Assembly (NCBI GenBank): GCA_964348645.1
Contig: CAYGDK010000001.1
Coordinates: 14,426 to 68,669, forward strand
Reading direction: 5' to 3'
Source: an uncultured Candidatus Saccharibacteria bacterium
Lineage (GTDB): Bacteria > Patescibacteriota > UBA1384 > 2-12-FULL-50-11
Length of the DNA stretch: 54,244 nt
Shown: in pieces, positions 16,889 through 25,673 of the stretch
How the letters are laid out: every line of letters begins with the position of its first letter
Position numbering within the stretch: position 1 is the first letter of the stretch
Notes under the pieces: model-generated
Database searches by the model: none
Told to the model about the DNA's origin: nothing
The model's input: only the letters and a program-made list of their open reading frames with translations
Program-made: the position numbers and the translations under genes

Positions 16889-18669
16889 TGTTTCCGGCGT
16901 TCGGACGGGTCAGTGGTAATTAATGGGTGCTCACTCTCCGAAGCGGTCACTTTAACCGCAACATGGTGTTGGTTAGCGATTATTAAGGCCTCGCCGCGCT
17001 CGCAGGTCAGCAGAAAGCGCTGTTCGTATTCGCTCAAACGAAACTCGGAGGTGACGTTCTTAATGGTGGTGGTGTCCTGGCGCATTAAGATTCGGAGAGC
17101 ACTTTGCGAAGCAATTGCCCGACCATAGGCGTTCTGTAAAAAGTCACTGGCTTGTTGAGAAATAATGCTGACGCCGAGGTAATACTTTCGGGCTCGTCGA
17201 ACCAAACCGGAAATAAAGCGGGCTGATTCTTCGTGCTCAAGCATTAGCCAAGCTTCATCAATGACTAGGATTCGCTTCACTGGGTCGGATTTAACCTGAT
17301 TGAGAGTAAACTGCGCCACGACCAAGTGCATAATCTGCCGCAATGACTCCGGCAGGTCTTTGGTGTCAAAAACAACTAAACGATTGTTAAGTTCGATATT
17401 GGTATGAGAGTCAAAAACATCAGCTAGTGAGCCTTTGGTGTATTTTTCCAACCGTTGGCAGAGCTTCGGCTGTTTCAGGGATTTAAGCACTTTGTAGAAG
17501 TCGTTTAGTCGCGGGTAAGCGCTACCAGTTTTCTTGACCGCCTTTTTCTTGGCCCAGCCGAAATCTCGATAGGTCTTGAGGATAGCGCGATCGACAACGG
17601 ATTTCTCTTCGGCGCTCAGTCCATCAGCCATCAACGATATAATCTCGGTCAGCGATTGAACGTGATCGGCAAAACTGTCCGGTTCGGTGTAGGCGTTAAT
17701 TGAAAGGTCAAACGGATTAATCTTTTCTTTTGAGTGAACCGACAGCTTAATATATGTTCCCTTAACCGATTCTGCCAGCTGCCGGTATTCGCGTTCGGGA
17801 TCAATAACGATAACTTTCGTGCCCTGCATCAAGTGACGCAGTACCTCAACTTTGGCCGTGTAGCTCTTGCCAGCACCTGATTGCGCAAAGAGAATGCTGT
17901 TGGCGTTTGGCAAACTAAAGCGGTCGAGAATAACCAGGGAGTTATTGGATTTATTGATGCCGTAAAGAACGCCCGATTCGTGAACTAATTCCGAAGAGAT
18001 AAACGGAAACGTCAGTGCCGCCGACGAGCTATCGAGGTTCCGCTTCTGTCCCAAAAGATTGTCGCCGCGCGGCAAAACCGACTGCAGCCCTTCTAACTGC
18101 TGGAAGATGGCCGTCTTGGTGTAAAAGAGGCGAGTTGCCAGTAGTGTTTCTAGTAACTTCACGATTTTATCGAGCTCGATTAAAGAATTAGCCGAAACGG
18201 TTACATATAAGGAAACTTGGAAGAGGTTTTCTTGGCCGCGTTGAATTTTGTCGCGCAACTCAATAGCCGATTCGAGTGGGTCAAGTAGTTCAGCACCAAT
18301 AATTCGTCCTGCTCGCTCCATCGCTCGCTTCGTCGAAGTCATCTCCGTAATCTTCCGATTGAGTTTTGGCAGCGCAAAGGTCGGCTCAACCGGCTCGATG
18401 TGGTAACTAATATCGACGTTGTGGTTGAAGTTGATTAAGTGGTTTAGCCAGCCGCTCGAAGCGGTATACGGATATCCAGAAACATAGAGCGTCCGGACGT
18501 AACGACCGTCAACAACAAGATGCTTTTGTTGCTCCTCCAGGCCGGAGTAAGTAATGAAGTCGAGCTGGTCCTGCTCGCCGACGTGGAACGCCAACTTTTG
18601 CGGCCGCTCTTTGCGTCGCTTCTTCCAGCGGGTTAGTCCTTTTTTAAGCCTAGAGATAATTTGTGGCAT
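16885..18669 (-). CDS. VirB4/TraC-like T4SS ATPase, C-terminal (ATPase) part
   Basis: Walker A FAQSGAGKS and Walker B VIDEAW. The N-terminus (DGRYVRTLYVSGYPYTASSGWL) corresponds to the middle of single-chain VirB4 proteins. Confidence 0.85.
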   Translation of the reverse strand: MPQIISRLKKGLTRWKKRRKERPQKLAFHVGEQDQLDFITYSGLEEQQKHLVVDGRYVRTLYVSGYPYTASSGWLNHLINFNHNVDISYHIEPVEPTFALPKLNRKITEMTSTKRAMERAGRIIGAELLDPLESAIELRDKIQRGQENLFQVSLYVTVSANSLIELDKIVKLLETLLATRLFYTKTAIFQQLEGLQSVLPRGDNLLGQKRNLDSSSAALTFPFISSELVHESGVLYGINKSNNSLVILDRFSLPNANSILFAQSGAGKSYTAKVEVLRHLMQGTKVIVIDPEREYRQLAESVKGTYIKLSVHSKEKINPFDLSINAYTEPDSFADHVQSLTEIISLMADGLSAEEKSVVDRAILKTYRDFGWAKKKAVKKTGSAYPRLNDFYKVLKSLKQPKLCQRLEKYTKGSLADVFDSHTNIELNNRLVVFDTKDLPESLRQIMHLVVAQFTLNQVKSDPVKRILVIDEAWLMLEHEESARFISGLVRRARKYYLGVSIISQQASDFLQNAYGRAIASQSALRILMRQDTTTIKNVTSEFRLSEYEQRFLLTCERGEALIIANQHHVAVKVTASESEHPLITTDPSERRKQ

Positions 18670-19270
18670 TGGTGTGCTTGATTAATTCCTGGCTTAACGG
18701 CTGAACTTTCGCCTGCTCTGGCCGGTAGAAACTATAAAAGAGGTCGAGGATTTCTAGGCTGGAAAGCGATCGAGCCGTCATGCCAAGCTTTTCCAGACCT
18801 TTAATAATAATTTCTTGTTCGAGTTGTAGCTGTTCCTTCACGAGCGAGAAATCGGTCACGGTTCGGCTCTCATACGGAATAACAACGTAAAACCGCCGCG
18901 ACAGAATCTTATTGCCAGCCACGAGCTCTCTAATAAAATTACCGTACGACTGCATTTGTTGCTTATAAATTGCCTGGGTTTCACCGGCGCGGGCGGTTTC
19001 GAAATCCTCAATGTAACGGTCAACGTCGAGTTCACGGATACGAACTAGAATCTGAATCGGCGTGGCCAGTGAGTTAAGAAATGACTGGAAATTATCAACC
19101 AGCGCATCTTGCTCGTCAGCGCTTTGCAGCTCGAAATTGACCGAAGATGTCGAAAGTACCGCCCGATAACGGTTGTCTGGCAAAATCAGGATATTATCGC
19201 GAACACCTTTAATGCCGATTTGTGATCGAGCCGAGCCTTTAGTCTTTGATCGGCGTGAGCGAAACATCAA
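18650..19270 (-). CDS. VirB4-like N-terminal domain encoded as a separate ORF
   Basis: GIKGVRDNILILPDNRYRAVLSTSSVNFELQSADEQDALVDNFQSFLNSL...IQILVR resembles the N-terminal region of Gram-positive VirB4/PrgJ/TcpF proteins. It overlaps the next ORF by 20 nt in a different frame. Confidence 0.65.
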   Translation of the reverse strand: MMFRSRRSKTKGSARSQIGIKGVRDNILILPDNRYRAVLSTSSVNFELQSADEQDALVDNFQSFLNSLATPIQILVRIRELDVDRYIEDFETARAGETQAIYKQQMQSYGNFIRELVAGNKILSRRFYVVIPYESRTVTDFSLVKEQLQLEQEIIIKGLEKLGMTARSLSSLEILDLFYSFYRPEQAKVQPLSQELIKHTNATNYL

Positions 19271-19745
19271 TGCCTCCTTTCTTAGCTAATTCAAACGAAA
19301 CAGTTAGCGACGGGTTCTCTAGTAGTTGGGTGAGTCTACCTTCTTCGGCAGGCCCCAGAATCGGAATGACTGGCTTTGGTTTCTTGACCTTCTGGTCAGC
19401 AGTAACGACCGGTTCTTTGGCGAGCGTCGCTTTCTCCCGTCCGGCCTCGTCATTCTTTGTAAAAACGTGGTAGCGCGGACGGCGAGTAAAGCGAAAGTAG
19501 ACACCGAACCAGTCGGCGACGATCTTACCGTTAATCCGAACTGCCAAGACCCCGAACACCAGAAACTGCAGAAGGATTAAGGAAAGTTTCAGCGGCCCGA
19601 GGTGCATCTTCGGAACGACCAAAACATACGTAACCGTGCTCGTCAGTAGCGGCACGATAAACAAAAGAATCTGGGCGAAGGTGAAGTTACCCGCTATCCG
19701 GTCTTCAACGGTCGTAATTTGGGCCGGAACGATTGTCGTTTTCAT
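19239..19745 (-). CDS. PrgI/VirB3-like small T4SS membrane protein
   Basis: N-terminus IVPAQITTVEDRIAGNFTFAQILLF plus two TM helices, located immediately upstream of VirB4. Confidence 0.65.
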   Translation of the reverse strand: MKTTIVPAQITTVEDRIAGNFTFAQILLFIVPLLTSTVTYVLVVPKMHLGPLKLSLILLQFLVFGVLAVRINGKIVADWFGVYFRFTRRPRYHVFTKNDEAGREKATLAKEPVVTADQKVKKPKPVIPILGPAEEGRLTQLLENPSLTVSFELAKKGGIDVSLTPIKD

Positions 19746-21010
19746 GCTTTAGCCGCCCTTGGTTTTGTCGCGTTGACCTGGCTTGGTGCCGGGCTAACAA
19801 CGTTTAAGAGCTGTCCACCAAATTTCTTAAAGACACCTGTCGCTTGCGAAGTCAGTATGAGCTGAGCGGTCATCGCTGTACTTTTTAGGAGAATGGAGAA
19901 AAGAGCGATGCCGATTAGAATCGAGATGAATGGGTTGGTATTAACCTGGTTCGGTACTGTCAGGAAAGCCGAAGCCAGCTGGATAATAACAACGTGAATA
20001 AATAGGCTGAATATCATCACGATGTAGGACTTCGCCGCCGCTTCGGCAAAGTCACTCATTTTCGGCATCAGCCAGAGGAGACATAGCAGGGGCGACATAA
20101 CCGCTCCAAAAGCCAGGATCATGAGGCGGCTGATGTAGAACAATAAAAGAATCACGGCCAGCAGGATGAAGACGACCATAAAGATCAATGTAATTAGCAG
20201 CGTTCCGCCAGTTGCCAGCGCTGCCGGATCAAAGGCGTTCAGTATCCAAGCTTGGCCAATGCCGCCAGTCGCGTGGATGACGGCGGTAATTAGTGTCTGA
20301 CAAAGCTTAATAATCCAGTCGATTAAAAAGATCGAAGTATTGGCCAGCAAGAAGGCTAACCCGATTCTCGGCAAAAGTTGCTTTAACGGCACGTCCTCAA
20401 AGCCGAACGTCGAGGCGCTCATCACTTGGAAGCCAAGCAAAGCGATGCCGAGCGCAAAAAGCGCATCGGTGATGCCGACCATAATTAGCCAGAAGTTAAA
20501 AACAACGGAGTTAGTCGCGAGTGCTGGCGTATTAGTGAGAAAACCGATAATGCCATCAATAACTGGTTTGGTCGCCGACTGAACAATGTTCTGTAAGAAC
20601 CCGGCAATCGCGTTTAATATAATTCTGGCCAAAGAACCATCATCAGGAGCCGGTTGAATAGGAGCGAGATTGAGAGCAGTTCCTAGTGCGGGAGTGCTCG
20701 GTTCAGTGAAGGCAGATGACAGCATCGAGGAGAAGATAGCTGCCCCGACAACGATAATTAAGCCGATCAGGGCTTGTCGGATCGTTCGCTTTGCTTCGGC
20801 CAACGCCTCCGGCTTGCCGGTCGAAGTGATGTAGACATAGCCGCCGCGGATTAGGAAAAAGGCCGCAGCTAATCCAGCTACGGAAATTAAAACCGTCAAC
20901 GTGTCCTGGGTGAAGCGAGCAACTTCGCCGTTAGAAGCAGCCAGAGCCGAAGTAGGCAGGAGCAGAGTTGTTCCCGCCAGTATGAGTGCGGTAACAAATC
21001 TTTTCATCAC
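19742..21010 (-). CDS. VirB6/TrbL-like polytopic T4SS protein with an N-terminal VirB2-like pilin module
   Basis: Signal peptide plus about 100 aa homologous to the adjacent pilin ORF, followed by at least 6 TM helices. Confidence 0.65.
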   Translation of the reverse strand: MMKRFVTALILAGTTLLLPTSALAASNGEVARFTQDTLTVLISVAGLAAAFFLIRGGYVYITSTGKPEALAEAKRTIRQALIGLIIVVGAAIFSSMLSSAFTEPSTPALGTALNLAPIQPAPDDGSLARIILNAIAGFLQNIVQSATKPVIDGIIGFLTNTPALATNSVVFNFWLIMVGITDALFALGIALLGFQVMSASTFGFEDVPLKQLLPRIGLAFLLANTSIFLIDWIIKLCQTLITAVIHATGGIGQAWILNAFDPAALATGGTLLITLIFMVVFILLAVILLLFYISRLMILAFGAVMSPLLCLLWLMPKMSDFAEAAAKSYIVMIFSLFIHVVIIQLASAFLTVPNQVNTNPFISILIGIALFSILLKSTAMTAQLILTSQATGVFKKFGGQLLNVVSPAPSQVNATKPRAAKA

Positions 21011-21013
21011 TTA

Positions 21014-21343
21014 CTATTTAGTGAATGCGGTTGATGCCAGCTCCGAGATAGCGTTACTGAGGACGAACGCCCCAATGCAGATTGCCAACCCCAGTCCGGA
21101 ATAAATAATCGTTCGCTTTGATCCTTCCAGACGCTCCGGATTGCCCGAGCTGGTAATGTAACCGATGCCACCCATAACGAAGAACCCGGCAGCTAATAGA
21201 CCGGCAAGGGTTACAAGTATCTGAATGGCGTTCTGAAGAAAGTTCTGGACTCTGGCGACATCGGCTGAAGCAGCCAAAGCTGGGGCGACCCAAACGAGAG
21301 ACAAAAGTATCGAAAGACCGATGGTGCGGAGGCGAGTGGGCAT
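21014..21343 (-). CDS. VirB2/TrbC-like pilin
   Basis: ATG 21343 has AAGGAG upstream. Features: signal peptide ending ALAAS, two hydrophobic helices, and the motif GYITSSGNPERLEGSKRTI. Confidence 0.6.
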   Translation of the reverse strand: MPTRLRTIGLSILLSLVWVAPALAASADVARVQNFLQNAIQILVTLAGLLAAGFFVMGGIGYITSSGNPERLEGSKRTIIYSGLGLAICIGAFVLSNAISELASTAFTK

Positions 21344-21454
21344 AAAAAACTCCTTTCCCCTCCACACGAGAACGATTCCTCGTCGCTCGTTGTTAATCTT
21401 TTAATTATCAATCAATTAACTATGGGTCGTTAATTTGCCACATTTCTATCATAG

Positions 21455-21507
21455 CTAGCATATGTTGTCAAATTATTCGCTCTCATAAATACCTTTACTA
21501 GCATATG
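21455..21507. promoter_or_regulatory. Two copies of CTAGCATATG, 43 bp apart, in the divergent pilin/T4CP promoter region
   Basis: Exact 10-mers at 21455-21464 and 21498-21507 in an AT-rich intergenic region. Confidence 0.4.
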
Positions 21508-21575
21508 CCTTTGTGATAAACCTACGGTAAATATAGGCCATTCCGTTATCGGAGGGGTAAGACGGAATACCAACA

Positions 21576-24122
21576 ATGAATGTATTCCCTTCCTTAAACT
21601 TCACTTCTGAGCTAGTTCGAGATTACAGCTGGCTTTTCTTGTACTCACTTATTGCGGTACTGGCACTTGTCTATGCGTTCCGGTTAATTCGCTTTTGGCA
21701 GAACTTGCGGCAAGAGTCGGTATTTTTGGAATTGGTGCCGCCCCGAAACACTGAAATTTCCAGCTTCACGACAACCCAATTGTTCCAAATTATTTCCGGC
21801 TTGCTACGCCAGCAGTCTTTCATTGATCGGCTGTTGCTTCGACAACTATCATCCTCCTTGGAAATCGCTTCACAAAAAGAAACCGGCATCCGCTACTTAC
21901 TGCGGCTACCTAAAGCTTTAGCCGAACCAGCTGAAAAGAGTCTGCGTGCCTACATACCCGGATTACAGATAAAAGAAGCGGGCGACTACCTACCTCTAAA
22001 GCTGCCATCAGGAGTTAAGGCTAAGGTTCTCGACTTTAAGCTGGCAGGGCACTTCGCGCTACCTCTCAATGAACAAATCGATCTCGGTAAGCACGATCCA
22101 CTGCTTTATTTGACCAGTAATATGACCCAGCTCAAAGAAAATGAAACGCTGGCCATTCAGCTGACTCTGCGGCCGCTAACCAGCTCCGCTCAACGCCGGA
22201 TTCGCCGCAACGCAGCTAAATTGCAGTTACCCGACGTCGTGTCACAGCGGGGCGTTGATAAGACGGCCGCTACCATTGAAGCGATTGTCCAGCTGGCCAT
22301 GACTCCGCTATTTGTCTTGGCCGAGTTCGTGACTGGACAGAAAACTTTAGTACCAGGCCGAAAGATTAGTCAGCACAAAAGTCAGGTAACGGCTCAAGAC
22401 ATGGATGATTCTGTTCGCCGTAAAGTCGACCAACAGTTGTTTGAAGGATCGCTCCGAGCCTTGTTAATTATTGAGTCGAAACAACTGCGCATCAGAGAGC
22501 GCGGATTGGTTTCGGCCTTCATGAGCTTTCTACACCCCGCTGGCCAGTCACTCTCTGCTAAAAGAAATCTGCTTTGGAAAGTCGGTAAACAGTTGCGGTG
22601 GTGGCACTATAAAAACCGGCTGAATAATCGGCAATTGATTTTGTCTTCTTCTGAAGTCGGCGCGCTCTACCATTTCCCGTATACCAAACTGTCGCGCACG
22701 GAAGATTTTAATAAGTTGAAGAGCCAAGAATTGCCAGCGCCGCTCTCACTCAAAAACAGAACTGATTTGGATGTTATCTTCGGTCACAACAACTACGGCA
22801 ATCGGTCAGTCGAGATTGGCCTAACGGATGATGAGCGCTCTAGGCATATGTATTTAATCGGCCAGACCGGGTCTGGTAAGTCGACGGCTATTTACCACAT
22901 GGCCAAAGGCGACATTCAAAAAGGCCGGGGCTTAGCCGTCATCGATCCGCACGGCGATCTAGCTGAAGATCTTTTATCGACGGTCCCGGAATCAAGAATT
23001 GGTGACTTAATCTATCTGAACCCGTTTGATATTAAGTACCCGATCGGTATTAACCTCCTTGAGCTGCCAGGTAATCTCGATGCGGATGAGCTTGAGCTAG
23101 AAAAAGAGTTAGCCTGCGAAAGCGTGGTGTCGGTCTTTCGGCGCATCTTTAATAAAGACGAGAATACTGATGCGCACCGGATTGAATATGTTCTTCGTAA
23201 CGCTATCCACACCGCCTTTACCGTTGAGGACGCGACGATCTTTACCGTTTACGAGCTACTGAATAACCCGACGTTTCAAAAGAAGGTTATCAGTAGGTTA
23301 AAAGATCAGAACCTGCGGCACTTTTGGAAAAACGAGTTCGGCAAGGCTGGTAACTATCAAATCGTGAAGATGGTTAGTGGCGTAACGGCTAAAATCGGGC
23401 GGCTGCTCTTTTCGCCGATGGCCAAGCGGATTCTTGAGCAGCCGAAATCGACAATCAATTATGAAGAAATCCTGAATTCCGAGAAGATTCTGATCTGCAA
23501 CTTGGCCGAAGGTAAACTCGGTGAAGATACTTCGCAGCTACTAGGTACGATGATGATTGCCAAAATCCATCAAGCCGCCTTGCGGCGGGCGAGAAAGGAA
23601 GCTTCCACTCGCAAGTCATTTTATTTATTCGTCGACGAATTTCAGAACTTCGCGACGTCCTCATTTACCCGGCTGTTATCCGGTGGCCGAAAATTTGGTT
23701 TGCGCATTACGATTGCCGAGCAATCAACGGCTCAGCAATCTGACCGTTCCACGGTCGAAGTTATTCTGGCCAATACCGGCGTGGTTGTCTGCTTCCGAAC
23801 CGCCAGTCCGGTCGACGAAGAGACGATGCTGGCCCAATTTGCCCCGTTTGTGAAACCCGGCGATATTCCGAACTTGCCACGACACCACTTTTATATGCGC
23901 CTGGCCGCCATTGAAGCCGAAGATCCGTTTTCCGGTGTTACGATTCCGGTCCCCACAACTAAAGATCCGGGAAATATTAACCGCTTAATCGAAGCCTCCC
24001 GGCAAAACTACGCTACTGTCTACAACCAATCCGTACCTACGGCTATCTCAAAAGAGGTTAATCAACCGTTAACAGATACGGTTGCCGTGAATATCGACAC
24101 GATCGAAACAGCGACTAAATGA
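21576..24122 (+). CDS. VirD4/TraG/TraD-type coupling protein (T4CP)
   Basis: 848 aa with N-terminal TM helices, Walker A GQTGSGKST and Walker B LFVDEFQNF. Confidence 0.8.
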   Translation: MNVFPSLNFTSELVRDYSWLFLYSLIAVLALVYAFRLIRFWQNLRQESVFLELVPPRNTEISSFTTTQLFQIISGLLRQQSFIDRLLLRQLSSSLEIASQKETGIRYLLRLPKALAEPAEKSLRAYIPGLQIKEAGDYLPLKLPSGVKAKVLDFKLAGHFALPLNEQIDLGKHDPLLYLTSNMTQLKENETLAIQLTLRPLTSSAQRRIRRNAAKLQLPDVVSQRGVDKTAATIEAIVQLAMTPLFVLAEFVTGQKTLVPGRKISQHKSQVTAQDMDDSVRRKVDQQLFEGSLRALLIIESKQLRIRERGLVSAFMSFLHPAGQSLSAKRNLLWKVGKQLRWWHYKNRLNNRQLILSSSEVGALYHFPYTKLSRTEDFNKLKSQELPAPLSLKNRTDLDVIFGHNNYGNRSVEIGLTDDERSRHMYLIGQTGSGKSTAIYHMAKGDIQKGRGLAVIDPHGDLAEDLLSTVPESRIGDLIYLNPFDIKYPIGINLLELPGNLDADELELEKELACESVVSVFRRIFNKDENTDAHRIEYVLRNAIHTAFTVEDATIFTVYELLNNPTFQKKVISRLKDQNLRHFWKNEFGKAGNYQIVKMVSGVTAKIGRLLFSPMAKRILEQPKSTINYEEILNSEKILICNLAEGKLGEDTSQLLGTMMIAKIHQAALRRARKEASTRKSFYLFVDEFQNFATSSFTRLLSGGRKFGLRITIAEQSTAQQSDRSTVEVILANTGVVVCFRTASPVDEETMLAQFAPFVKPGDIPNLPRHHFYMRLAAIEAEDPFSGVTIPVPTTKDPGNINRLIEASRQNYATVYNQSVPTAISKEVNQPLTDTVAVNIDTIETATK

Positions 24123-24146
24123 TGGAATCAGCCCTGATTCCATTTT
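24123..24146 (+). terminator. Intrinsic terminator after the T4CP gene
   Basis: TGGAATCAG-cc-CTGATTCCA followed by TTTT. Confidence 0.65.
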
Positions 24147-24155
24147 GCGCAAAAT
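24142..24155. promoter_or_regulatory. Perfect 14-nt palindrome ATTTTGCGCAAAAT (operator or oriT candidate)
   Basis: Seen directly. It lies between the T4CP gene and the replication-relaxation gene. Confidence 0.3.
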
Positions 24156-24234
24156 TACAGGTTAACGACCGGAAAATCACTACGCTTTCTTTATATATAC
24201 ACCCCTCTGCTTACTGCCTATCGCTTGCCCGCCG

Positions 24235-24978
24235 ATGAAACAGACACCCCTCTTAACTCTCAAACAACGCCATACCGACATACTGCTCTTATTATTCAGA
24301 TTCCGTTTCCTGACCCGTCCGCAAATTCAGCAACTCCTTACACTCAAAAACCATCAAAAAGTCCTCCGGTGGTTAAACGAACTAGCTAAATCTCAGTACG
24401 CGACTAAGTATCAGTCATCCGTCTCTTCAGTTGCTACATATTCGCTTGGTCGTGCCGGTCGCAAGTATTTGGTTAAGAACAAGCTGGTGAAGCAGGCGGT
24501 CCTACTCGATCGTGTCTGGCGAGAGTACGCCTACTCGTCCGGCTTTCGCGAAAAATGCCTTCTGATTGCCGACATGTATCTGCAATTAGTCGCCCGATCG
24601 GGAGGGGCGCTTCGCTTTTGGACGAAGTCCGAACTCCACGGTGTCGAGAATATGATCGAACCTGCGCCTGATGCCTATATTATTGTGAATGAAAAAAGCG
24701 AAGCGGATCGGATCTTTCTAGAAGTTCCAACCGTTGCCCGAACCAAAAATGTCATGGCCCAGATCGAGCGCTATTCGGAATACTTTTTCAGCCGGGAGTG
24801 GCAGGAACATACCGACAAACCGTTTCCAAAGATCGTTATCATCTGCCCGAACAGGAATGTTATTAAATCGACATTAAGTTTTATCAAAGAAGAATTCGCA
24901 GACGAGCCCGATCTCCGCTTTCGTGTAGCGAGCTCCGATCAGGCTCTGGAAGAAATACTGCCAAAGGAAAAGGCCTGA
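24235..24978 (+). CDS. Replication-relaxation family protein
   Basis: N-terminal LTLKQRHTDILLLLFRFRFLTRPQIQQLL winged-helix-like motif typical of this family, adjacent to the T4CP gene. Confidence 0.6.
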   Translation: MKQTPLLTLKQRHTDILLLLFRFRFLTRPQIQQLLTLKNHQKVLRWLNELAKSQYATKYQSSVSSVATYSLGRAGRKYLVKNKLVKQAVLLDRVWREYAYSSGFREKCLLIADMYLQLVARSGGALRFWTKSELHGVENMIEPAPDAYIIVNEKSEADRIFLEVPTVARTKNVMAQIERYSEYFFSREWQEHTDKPFPKIVIICPNRNVIKSTLSFIKEEFADEPDLRFRVASSDQALEEILPKEKA

Positions 24979-25001
24979 GGCATCTAACCCCAGACCCTCC
25001 T

Positions 25002-25673
25002 TTACATTTTTAAACTTCCGTCGTGGATCGAAATCCTTTTGGTTGCAAAGGGCTCGATACGTTCGTCATGGCTAGCAACAATAACTCCGATTCCCGAGTT
25101 GGTCGAAGCTTTAAGTAGCTGCATAATTTGATTACCGTGAACTGTGTCTAAATTGGCTGTGGGTTCGTCTGCCAGTATAATCTCGGGATCATTAACTAAA
25201 GCTCTGGCAATGGCGACGCGCTGTTTTTCACCGCCTGATAATGACTCGACGGGTGCATCAAGTCTCTTAGACATCTCCAGTTGATCCAGCAAGCTTTCCG
25301 CCTTCTTATGTGCTGCCTTGTAAGACAACTTTGTAGCTAAGAGTGGCAACATAACATTTTCGACTGCCGTCAGGGCACGAATCAACTTGAAATCCTGATA
25401 GACAAACCCGTACGTGTTAAGCCTTAACTTGGCAATCTTATTGTCCGTTAGGCCGGAGACAGCCTGGCCCGAGACAGACAATGAGCCGGCATCTGGTCTT
25501 GTAAGTAATCCAAGCACTTGAAGCAGAGTCGTTTTCCCAGATCCAGACGGGCCCTTAACCAATATCAGCTCACCTTTGCTTAGTTCTAAGTTGATATCAC
25601 TCAGCGCTACTATTTTATTTGTAGCCTTACCGAACGTTTTGGAAATATTAGCAGCGACTAGAAGTTTGCTCAT
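25002..25673 (-). CDS. ABC transporter ATP-binding protein (MacB/LolD-like)
   Basis: GPSGSGKTT, LSGGEKQRVAIARAL, ILADEPT. Confidence 0.88.
   Translation of the reverse strand: MSKLLVAANISKTFGKATNKIVALSDINLELSKGELILVKGPSGSGKTTLLQVLGLLTRPDAGSLSVSGQAVSGLTDNKIAKLRLNTYGFVYQDFKLIRALTAVENVMLPLLATKLSYKAAHKKAESLLDQLEMSKRLDAPVESLSGGEKQRVAIARALVNDPEIILADEPTANLDTVHGNQIMQLLKASTNSGIGVIVASHDERIEPFATKRISIHDGSLKM

Noticed and set aside
21054-21411. Alternative-frame ORFs overlapping the VirB2-like pilin gene (21054..21365 and 21211..21411)
   Set aside because: Only the 21014..21343 frame gives a signal peptide plus two TM helices, an SD, and homology to the N-terminus of the next gene.
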